Below, in pieces: positions 10,387-17,846 of a stretch of DNA of 64,000 nucleotides. Each line of letters starts with the position of its first letter. The first letter of the stretch is position 1. Location of the stretch: positions 7,073 through 71,072 of the forward strand of contig JBKDXR010000024.1 of the NCBI GenBank assembly GCA_046306055.1, written 5' to 3'. The notes beneath the pieces were generated by a model. It was not told where the DNA came from and did not search any database. It was given only the letters and a program-made list of their open reading frames with translations. This DNA is from Flavobacteriales bacterium. GTDB lineage: Bacteria; Bacteroidota; Bacteroidia; Flavobacteriales_F; PHOS-HE28. The position numbers and the translations under genes are program-made.

Positions 10387-10394
10387 TACCTTTG
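10387..10394 (+). promoter_or_regulatory. putative -7 promoter box (TACCTTTG) for yicC
   Basis: ctacctttgcggcc lies 16 nt upstream of ATG 10411. Confidence 0.45.
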
Positions 10395-10410
10395 CGGCCA
10401 TTCTATCCGC

Positions 10411-11280
10411 ATGTTGCGATCAATGACCGGTTTCGGCCGCGCCGAAGGTGTGGTGAAGGAGCGTAAGGTCACCGTGGAGGTGCGCTCGCTGAACAGCAAG
10501 CAACTGGACCTGCTGGTGAAGGTGCCTGGGCTTTACAAGGACCGCGAGGCCGAGCTACGGCAGTGGGCAGGTGAACAGATCGTGCGAGGCAAGGCCGAAT
10601 TGGTCGTGCATTGCGAGCAACAACAGCTGGCCAAGCGCACCAGCTTCGATAAAGCGCTCATCCAGGCCTATTACCAGGAGCTGAACGCCATCGCTGCCGA
10701 GGTGGCACCAAATGATCGAACGGATATTCTGGCGCAAGTGCTCCGGTTGCCAGATGTGGTCAGCACGACCTCGGACCGTGCTGATGACGAGGAATGGAAG
10801 GGAGTCCTTGCCCTTGTCCGCCAGGGGGTGGAAGCGTTCGACCGGTTCCGCGGCAGCGAGGGTGGGCGTTTGGAACAGGAGCTTTCACAGCGTGTCGCAC
10901 TCATCGGCCAGTTGCTCTCAGAGGCGGAATCGTTGGACCATGGCCGTACGGACCGAACCCGCGAAAAGCTCCGGACACGGCTTGCCGAGCTGCAGGTGAA
11001 CGTGGATCAGGACCGCTTCGAGCAGGAACTGGTGTACTACTTGGAGAAACTGGACATCACCGAGGAGCGCGTTCGTCTGCGTTCGCATTGCACCTATTTC
11101 ATGGAGACCCTTCAGGCCGATGAGCAACAGGGCCGCAAGCTGGGTTTCATTGCCCAGGAAATGGGGCGGGAGATCAACACCCTCGGGTCCAAGGCGAATG
11201 ATGCTACCGTGCAACGGCTGGTAGTGCGTATGAAGGACGAACTGGAGAAGATCAAGGAGCAAGTGCTGAACGTGCTTTGA
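10411..11280 (+). CDS. yicC: YicC-family stress-induced protein
   Basis: N-terminus MLRSMTGFGRAEG and C-terminal EMGREINTLGSKAN are characteristic of YicC. Confidence 0.85.
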   Translation: MLRSMTGFGRAEGVVKERKVTVEVRSLNSKQLDLLVKVPGLYKDREAELRQWAGEQIVRGKAELVVHCEQQQLAKRTSFDKALIQAYYQELNAIAAEVAPNDRTDILAQVLRLPDVVSTTSDRADDEEWKGVLALVRQGVEAFDRFRGSEGGRLEQELSQRVALIGQLLSEAESLDHGRTDRTREKLRTRLAELQVNVDQDRFEQELVYYLEKLDITEERVRLRSHCTYFMETLQADEQQGRKLGFIAQEMGREINTLGSKANDATVQRLVVRMKDELEKIKEQVLNVL

Positions 11281-11285
11281 ACCTC

Positions 11286-11861
11286 ATGAACGGACCGCAG
11301 CGTGGCAAGTGTGTGATCCTATCGGCCCCTTCGGGTGCTGGCAAGACCACCATCGTGAAACACCTCCTGGCCCAGGACCTGAAACTCACGTTCAGCGTAA
11401 GCGCCACCACGCGCCCTCCGCGGAACGGAGAGATCCACGGGCGCGATTATTACTTCATCAGCGAGGCCGAGTTCAAGGGGAATATCGCTGCAGGTGAGTT
11501 CGTGGAGTGGGAGGAGGTGTATCCCGGCCGCTTCTATGGCACCTACCGCAGTGAGGTGGAGCGCATCTGGGCAGAGGGGCATCATGCCATCTTTGATATT
11601 GATGTGATCGGTGGTTTGGACCTCAAGGAGATCTACCAGACCCGCGCCCTGGCCATTTTCGTGAGCCCGCCCTCGGTCGAAGCCTTGGAGCGCCGTTTGC
11701 GCGACCGAGGTACCGAGGATGATGGCACCCTCAAGGTGAGGGTGGAGAAGGCCGTGCATGAGCTCTCCTTCGCGGACCGCTTCGATGCCACCATTGTGAA
11801 TGATGATCTGGAGGCCGCCTGCGCAGAGGCTGTTTCCTTGGTACGCCTATTCCTGTTCTGA
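11286..11861 (+). CDS. gmk: guanylate kinase
   Basis: P-loop SAPSGAGKTT and the guanylate kinase layout. The ORF track start 11277 is TTG; the first ATG is at 11286. Confidence 0.9.
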   Translation: MNGPQRGKCVILSAPSGAGKTTIVKHLLAQDLKLTFSVSATTRPPRNGEIHGRDYYFISEAEFKGNIAAGEFVEWEEVYPGRFYGTYRSEVERIWAEGHHAIFDIDVIGGLDLKEIYQTRALAIFVSPPSVEALERRLRDRGTEDDGTLKVRVEKAVHELSFADRFDATIVNDDLEAACAEAVSLVRLFLF

Positions 11862-12451
11862 TGCACATTGGCTGCCTCTTCGGGACCTTCGACCCCCCGC
11901 ATCGCGCCCACGTGGCCATTGCCGAACACATGATCAAGGCTCGTTCGCTTGACCAGGTCTGGTTCGTGGTCACCCCGCAGAATCCGTTCAAGCAGGACGT
12001 GATAATAAGCCCCGATCACCATCGCCTGGCCATGATGCGCCTGGCCGTCCTGGGGCATGAGGGCCTTGTGGCCAGCGGTTTCGAACTGGACCTGCCCAAA
12101 CCCAACTATACGGCTGACACCCTGCGCTTTATGCGCCAACGCTGGCCTGACAATCGTTTTGACCTCATCATCGGTAGTGACAACCTCGCGGGCTTCCATC
12201 GTTGGAAGGACCCGGAGGATATCCTGGAGCATCATCGATTGCTGGTTTACCCGCGCGAAGGACTGAAGGACCATCTGGCCTCCACTGTTTTCCACGGCCA
12301 CCCCGGGGTCCATATTGTTGCCGATGCACCGCTCATGCCGATCTCGGCCACGGGGATCCGCGATGATATTCGGGCATGGCGACCCGTGGATGACCGGCTA
12401 TCGCCATCCGTGATCAGCTACATCAGGCAGCACCGACTCTACGGTCAGTGA
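11861..12451 (+). CDS. nadD: nicotinate-nucleotide adenylyltransferase
   Basis: GTFDPPHRAH (HxGH-type) motif. Its start overlaps the gmk stop (TGATG). Confidence 0.85.
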   Translation: MHIGCLFGTFDPPHRAHVAIAEHMIKARSLDQVWFVVTPQNPFKQDVIISPDHHRLAMMRLAVLGHEGLVASGFELDLPKPNYTADTLRFMRQRWPDNRFDLIIGSDNLAGFHRWKDPEDILEHHRLLVYPREGLKDHLASTVFHGHPGVHIVADAPLMPISATGIRDDIRAWRPVDDRLSPSVISYIRQHRLYGQ

Positions 12452-13089
12452 AGGGCCGGGGACTCGCTCACGCCTGCCGTATGCATCAGGTGATTGCGGA
12501 GCACCTTCACCGCCCGTTCAAACCCCAGCTCGTTCACCACGTGAAGGTCGCACAAGTGGCGGTACGGTAATAGGAAATTACGGTAGGCGGGCAGCACGTG
12601 GTTCTCCCATTGGTACAGGATCTCGTCCGATCCATAGCCGCGCTCCTTCGCATCCCGCTTCAGTCGGCGGTCCAATTGGGCACTTTCACTCGCGTCGATG
12701 AACACCCGAAGGTCGAACAGTTCGCGGATGGGCTCATGGTGGAGAACGAACAAGCCTTCCACCAGGATCACCGGCGCAGGCCGCAGTTCGATGGTGCCGG
12801 GTTCCCTTCCCTCCTGATTGAAGGTGTATTCCTTTTTCTGGATGGATCGGCCGCTCACCAGGCGTTGCAGGTCCTCGGTCAATCCGTCAAGGTCAACGGC
12901 GGTGGGCAGGTCGAAGTTCACCTTGCCATTGGCATCAACGGCCTGCAGCTCCTTGGGATGGTAATAGTCGTCCTGGGACACCACGCACACACTATCGGAG
13001 GGAAGGCTGTTGCGGAGGGCGCGCACCAGGCTGGTCTTGCCCGATCCGCTGCCACCGGCCACACCAACGAGGTAGGCTCCGCTATGCAT
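12445..13089 (-). CDS. udk: uridine kinase
   Basis: GVAGGSGSGKTS P-loop close to the N-terminus if ATG 13089 is used. A TATTTTTG -7 box lies just upstream. Confidence 0.85.
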   Translation of the reverse strand: MHSGAYLVGVAGGSGSGKTSLVRALRNSLPSDSVCVVSQDDYYHPKELQAVDANGKVNFDLPTAVDLDGLTEDLQRLVSGRSIQKKEYTFNQEGREPGTIELRPAPVILVEGLFVLHHEPIRELFDLRVFIDASESAQLDRRLKRDAKERGYGSDEILYQWENHVLPAYRNFLLPYRHLCDLHVVNELGFERAVKVLRNHLMHTAGVSESPALH

Positions 13090-13095
13090 CGTTGA

Positions 13096-13103
13096 CAAAA
13101 ATA
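13096..13103 (-). promoter_or_regulatory. putative -7 promoter box (TATTTTTG) for udk
   Basis: Exact TAnnTTTG match on the minus strand, 6 nt upstream of ATG 13089. This implies a very short or absent leader. Confidence 0.45.
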
Positions 13104-13201
13104 GGCGCTGGCGTGTGATGTACTGGCCATCCCCGGGCACGTAAGGGCAGTTTGGCACGGCACTTGAAAGTATGCCTTGCACAACATTGAACCAATACGC
13201 C

Positions 13202-13342
13202 ATGAAAGCCCCGATCGACCTCTACCGCTCCTTGAAGCTCCAGGCCAAACGCCTCCTGCTTGCCGGTGATGTGGACCGGTACATGGACATCCTTCGACGG
13301 CTGCATGAACTGCGGCGCGCGGGTGGTGCGGCCATGGTGTGA
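13202..13342 (+). CDS. small hypothetical protein (46 aa)
   Basis: ATG-to-TGA ORF below the ORF-track cutoff (MKAPIDLYRSLKLQAKRLLLAGDVDRYMDILRRLHELRRAGGAAMV) with high GC3, followed by hairpins. No homology known to me. Confidence 0.3.
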   Translation: MKAPIDLYRSLKLQAKRLLLAGDVDRYMDILRRLHELRRAGGAAMV

Positions 13343-13525
13343 ACACTTCGGGCGCACACCCAGGGGTGGGTGAGTGCCATGGGCGGGGAGCCCGGGTCTG
13401 GTGAACTTGCGACGGGGTGCCGAAGGCGCCCCGTCGTCGTTCACGAATGTGCCGTCCAGCGCGGGTTTCGGCACTTTTTTCCTTCCGGCCGGATCTTTTT
13501 GGCCGCACCTGCCGTAGAAGGCCAC

Positions 13526-13702
13526 ATGACAAAGAAGGACAAGATCGCCTTCATTAAAAGCAGTAAGCGCAAAACGCACGTGTACCAGGACCTGACCCGG
13601 TATTCGGACGAGCAGCTGAACGGTGTGATCCGGGAGATCGTGCAGGGGCTGATCCGCGAAAGCGAGATCATTGCAAATGCCTACATCAACGGCTACCGAT
13701 AG
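13526..13702 (+). CDS. small basic hypothetical protein (58 aa)
   Basis: Internal ATG of ORF 13370..13702 (MTKKDKIAFIKSSKRK...). It has genome-like GC3 codon bias, a -7-like box upstream and a terminator hairpin downstream. Confidence 0.4.
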   Translation: MTKKDKIAFIKSSKRKTHVYQDLTRYSDEQLNGVIREIVQGLIRESEIIANAYINGYR

Positions 13703-13751
13703 GATGCTCTTGCGTGCGCACTGCTGAAGGCAGGGAACCACAGGTAACAGG

Positions 13752-13786
13752 GCCTTCCACCGCAGGGTGGGGGGCTTTGTTACTTT
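13752..13786 (+). terminator. putative rho-independent terminator
   Basis: Stem gccttccacc / ggtggggggc with loop gcag, followed by tttgttacttta. Confidence 0.45.
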
Positions 13787-13940
13787 ATGCCGGAAGGTTG
13801 CTGTTCGTATGGTCCGGAAGTCATTGAACCATGGTGGTTTCCACTGATCGAACAACCGTGGCTTATTCTTCCGCGCGAACCTTAGCAGGTTGTGTTCATC
13901 GACAGTTGATCTTCCCGCTGCATGGTCTTACATTCGGGGC

Positions 13941-15713
13941 ATGAGCTCCTTTCCGACCAGGCGTTGGCGCCTGAAACCCGCACCGGACGAGCAGGCCGTG
14001 GCAGCGCTTACACACGACCGTTGTCCCGATATGGCCGCCAAGCTGCTCGCACAGCGCGGCATTATCGACCCCGCTTCCGCCTCGGTGTTCTTCCGGCCGG
14101 CCTTGGCCCAGTTGCACGACCCGTTCTTGATGGCCGATATGACCAAGGCCGTGGAGCGTGTGGAGCGTGCCCTTGGTGAGAACGAGCGTATCATGGTCTA
14201 TGGGGATTATGATGTGGACGGCACCACGGCGGTGGCCTTGGTGTATTCATTTCTGAGCCGGTTCACGGGCAACCTGACCTTCTACATACCCGATCGTTAT
14301 GCCGAGGGTTATGGCATTTCGTTCCAGGGCATTGACCATGCCGTGAATGAAGAGGTCGGGCTCATCATCGCGTTGGATTGCGGCATCAAATCCATCGACA
14401 AGGTGGCCTATGCAGCGGAACGCGGGGTGGACATGATCATTTGCGACCACCACCGCCCGGGGGATGAATTGCCTGCCGCAGTAGCCGTGCTCGATCCCAA
14501 GCGATCTGATTGTCCCTATCCGTTCAAGGAGCTGAGCGGCTGCGGCATCGGCTTCAAGTTGATGCAGGCGCTCGCCGAGCACAACAATATCCCGCTCACC
14601 GAGCTGCTGCCTTTGCTCGATCTCGTGGCCGTTAGCACCGCGTGCGATATCGTGCCGGTGAACGGTGAGAACAGGGTGCTTTCCCACTTCGGCCTCAAGC
14701 AGCTGAACGACGAGCCGCGCCCCGGCATCCGGTCCATGATGAACATGGCCAATGTGAAGAAACAGCTGAGCATCACCGACCTGGTCTTCACCATCGGGCC
14801 GCGGATCAATGCCGCCGGTCGTATCGAGCATGGCCGTCAAGCGGTGGAGCTGCTACTGGCGCACCACCAGCAACAAGCTGACCAGATCGCCCTGCGGGTC
14901 GATGGCAACAATGTGCAGCGCCAGGTATTGGACAAGGAGATGACCCTCGATGCGCTGGACCGTATTGCCAGCGATGAGGCCCTCCGCGATGCCTGGAGCA
15001 CGGTGGTATTCAATGATACTTGGCACAAGGGCGTGATCGGGATCGTGGCCTCGCGTTTGGTGGAACGGCACTATCGCCCCACCGTGGTACTTACGGAGAG
15101 CAATGGCAAGGCGGTCGGTTCCGCACGAAGCGTGAAGGGATTCGATGTGTACGAGGCGATCAATGCCTGTGGTGACCTGCTGGAGCAGTTCGGAGGCCAC
15201 ATGTACGCGGCGGGCCTTACCATGTCATTGGACCAAGTGGGGCCGTTCCGCGAACGGTTCGAACAGGTGGTCCGCAACACAATTGCGCCGCACATGCGGA
15301 TCCCCGAGGAAGAGGTGGACCTGGAGGTCACATTGAAGGACCTGGACCAGCCGTTCGTGCGCATCCTTCACCATATGGCACCGTACGGTCCGGCCAACAT
15401 GCGCCCTGTTTTCCTTACAAGGGGCCTGGTCGATACCGGATATGCCCGTCTGGTGGGAGACGATCATATCAAGATGAGCCTTTGCCATCCGGATGACCCC
15501 AAGCGATCGTTCGATGCCATTGCCTTCAAGCAGGGGCGTCATCTCGAATTGGTAAAGAGCGGGAGGCCCTTTAGCGTGCTTTATACCGTGGAGGAGAATG
15601 AATGGAACGGGCGCCGTACCGTACAGTTGAACATCAAGGACATCAAACCCGGCGTGGATGACCTGTTGGTGCAGGAACTGCCGGCCGGTGATCTGCTCCA
15701 GGAAGCACGTTGA
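13941..15713 (+). CDS. recJ: single-stranded-DNA-specific exonuclease RecJ
   Basis: DHH-family motifs GDYDVDGTT, DCGIKS and ICDHHRPG. ATG 13941 was chosen over the longer ORF start 13890. Confidence 0.9.
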   Translation: MSSFPTRRWRLKPAPDEQAVAALTHDRCPDMAAKLLAQRGIIDPASASVFFRPALAQLHDPFLMADMTKAVERVERALGENERIMVYGDYDVDGTTAVALVYSFLSRFTGNLTFYIPDRYAEGYGISFQGIDHAVNEEVGLIIALDCGIKSIDKVAYAAERGVDMIICDHHRPGDELPAAVAVLDPKRSDCPYPFKELSGCGIGFKLMQALAEHNNIPLTELLPLLDLVAVSTACDIVPVNGENRVLSHFGLKQLNDEPRPGIRSMMNMANVKKQLSITDLVFTIGPRINAAGRIEHGRQAVELLLAHHQQQADQIALRVDGNNVQRQVLDKEMTLDALDRIASDEALRDAWSTVVFNDTWHKGVIGIVASRLVERHYRPTVVLTESNGKAVGSARSVKGFDVYEAINACGDLLEQFGGHMYAAGLTMSLDQVGPFRERFEQVVRNTIAPHMRIPEEEVDLEVTLKDLDQPFVRILHHMAPYGPANMRPVFLTRGLVDTGYARLVGDDHIKMSLCHPDDPKRSFDAIAFKQGRHLELVKSGRPFSVLYTVEENEWNGRRTVQLNIKDIKPGVDDLLVQELPAGDLLQEAR

Positions 15714-15744
15714 TCGTCATCGCTCATTTCCCTCTACCAACCTC

Positions 15745-17325
15745 ATGGCCATGACCTTGCGCAGAACACATCTTCCAATAGCCCTGGCGGTCTCCTGGCC
15801 CTGTATGCTGCAGGCCCAGGCCCCAACATGGAGCGACGACGTGGCGTGCATCGTCTACACCCATTGCACCCCCTGTCATCACGATGGAGGCGTGGGCCAT
15901 TTCAGCCTGGAGGGATATGGCGATGCTTTTTTCTGGAGGAACGAGATCCGCTCTGCGACGCAGGCGGGGTATATGCCCCCCTGGCCCCCCGACCCGTCCT
16001 ACCGACCGTTGGCGCATGAGCGCCTCTTGACGCAGGAGGAGATCGATATCCTGGCGGCCTGGGTCGATGGAGGTGCTGCGGCCGGTGATCTTTCCGGAGA
16101 GCCTCCACCTCCTGTTTACGCCAGTGAAGCGGTCATCACCGGACCGGATATCACCGCGATCATGCCGGATTATGTCATTCCGGCCTCCTCTGCCGATCTC
16201 TATCGTTGCTTCGTACTGCCCATTGATAATCCCGTCAACAGCTATATCACGGGTCTTGAGGTGGTACCCGGCAATCGTGAGATGGTCCACCATGTACTGG
16301 TCTACCAGGATGCCAGTGGACAGGCTCAGGCATTGGATGACGCTGATATTGAACCCGGGTACACCAGCTTTGGAGGGATCGGGGTATCCGGGGCCAAGCT
16401 CGTGGGTATCTGGGTGCCCGGATCGGAGCCCTTCTTCACCGTGCCAGGCATGGGCATCAAGCTTGATGCAGGAGCTGATCTTGTCATCCAGGTCCACTAT
16501 CCCGCCACGAGCAATGTGGAGGTGGATAGCACGCGCGTGAATATCCAGTTGAGCAATGGTGGCCTTGTCCGGGAACTTGCCATTGATCCCATCCTTAACC
16601 ATGCCAGCTCGCTCACGAACGGCCCGCTCATCATTCCACCCAATGAGGTGCGCACCTTCAATGCGCAGTACACGGTGCCCATCAACGCCACCATCACGGC
16701 CATCGGTCCTCATGCTCACCTGATCTGCCGGAGCATGCGGGCTTGGGCGGTGAAGCCGGATGGTGCGATCGTCAACCTCATCGACATACCGGAGTGGGAT
16801 TTCCGATGGCAGGATATCTACTCCTTCCGTTCGCCCATCCACCTGCCAGCAGGGAGCGAGTTGTACAGTGAGGCCACCTATGATAACACCACGGCGAACC
16901 CCAACCTGCCGGAGGATGAGCCGCAATGGGTGTTCCTGGGTGAGGCCACCACGGATGAAATGATGCTGTTCTATTTCGCGTGGACCTATGGCGTTCCTTC
17001 GGATGAAGGGATCGTGGTGGATGACGGCTCCCATGAGAGCCACTACCTGGATTGCACGGTCGACTTCAACGTGGGTGTGGATGAGAACAGATCGACCGAC
17101 CTGCATGTCTGGCCGGTTCCAGCTCAGGACCTATTGTATGTGAGGTCTGATAGGGCATGGTCTGCATCGTTGCTTGATGCCACCGGGCGCATGGTGCGTT
17201 CGTTGCGCGGCAGCATGGGAAGCACGGAAGTGTTCGTAGGGGGGCTGGCCAGAGGCGCTTATTCATTGCACGTTCGTTCGTCCAACGGTGACAAGGTCCG
17301 TCACGTGAACATCCTGCTGGAATGA
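15745..17325 (+). CDS. secreted PHM/DBH-like copper monooxygenase-fold protein with an N-terminal CxxCH motif and a T9SS C-terminal domain
   Basis: CTPCH is followed by MPPW. His/Met pattern: MVHHVLVY, VHYP, GPHAHLICRSM and DEMMLFYF, matching the CuH/CuM ligand order of peptidylglycine monooxygenase. T9SS-type tail. Confidence 0.65.
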   Translation: MAMTLRRTHLPIALAVSWPCMLQAQAPTWSDDVACIVYTHCTPCHHDGGVGHFSLEGYGDAFFWRNEIRSATQAGYMPPWPPDPSYRPLAHERLLTQEEIDILAAWVDGGAAAGDLSGEPPPPVYASEAVITGPDITAIMPDYVIPASSADLYRCFVLPIDNPVNSYITGLEVVPGNREMVHHVLVYQDASGQAQALDDADIEPGYTSFGGIGVSGAKLVGIWVPGSEPFFTVPGMGIKLDAGADLVIQVHYPATSNVEVDSTRVNIQLSNGGLVRELAIDPILNHASSLTNGPLIIPPNEVRTFNAQYTVPINATITAIGPHAHLICRSMRAWAVKPDGAIVNLIDIPEWDFRWQDIYSFRSPIHLPAGSELYSEATYDNTTANPNLPEDEPQWVFLGEATTDEMMLFYFAWTYGVPSDEGIVVDDGSHESHYLDCTVDFNVGVDENRSTDLHVWPVPAQDLLYVRSDRAWSASLLDATGRMVRSLRGSMGSTEVFVGGLARGAYSLHVRSSNGDKVRHVNILLE

Positions 17326-17768
17326 TCGTGCATGACGACGAATATTTCATGCGGCAGGCCCTGCGCGAAGCGGAGCAGGCCTTCAAGGCGGACGAGGTAC
17401 CTGTGGGGGCAGTGATCGTCTGTGCGGACCGCATCATATCACGTGCGCACAACCTCACCGAGCGGTTGAATGACGTGACCGCCCATGCGGAGATGCAGGC
17501 CATCACGGCCGCTGCGGATCATCTGGGTGGGAAGTACCTGAAGGACTGTACCCTCTACGTGACATTGGAGCCCTGTGTGATGTGCGCTGGTGCACTGCAG
17601 TGGGCACAACTCGGACGCATCGTGTTCGGGGCGTTCGATGAAAAGGCCGGTTACAGGCGCATCGGCGGAAGGCTGCTGCACCCCAAGACCAACGTGACCG
17701 GTGGAGTTCTTGAGGCCGAATGCGCGGACCTGATGAAGGCGTTCTTCAAGAAGAAGCGATCGTTGTGA
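17322..17768 (+). CDS. tadA: tRNA adenosine(34) deaminase
   Basis: HAEMQAI and PCVMCAGAL zinc-binding motifs. ATGA overlap with the upstream gene. Confidence 0.9.
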   Translation: MIVHDDEYFMRQALREAEQAFKADEVPVGAVIVCADRIISRAHNLTERLNDVTAHAEMQAITAAADHLGGKYLKDCTLYVTLEPCVMCAGALQWAQLGRIVFGAFDEKAGYRRIGGRLLHPKTNVTGGVLEAECADLMKAFFKKKRSL

Positions 17769-17802
17769 TCGTTCATACAGTTCCGATGATCGCGTAAAAA
17801 GC

Positions 17803-17829
17803 GAACGGACCGCATCGAGCGGTCCGTTC
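17803..17829. terminator. hairpin terminator between convergent tadA and the M36 protease gene
   Basis: 11-bp stem gaacggaccgc / gcggtccgttc. The flank is A-rich on the plus strand, which gives a T-tract for the minus-strand transcript. Confidence 0.6.
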
Positions 17830-17846
17830 AACGATCAATTATCCGT

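Noticed and set aside
12918-13855. Minus-strand ORFs 12918..13532 (204 aa) and 13082..13855 (257 aa) spanning the udk-recJ gap.
   Set aside because: Their composition (Pro/Arg/Ala-rich) and lack of motifs suggest shadow ORFs. They would read through hairpin terminators and the udk promoter box. The plus-strand micro-ORFs show better codon bias.
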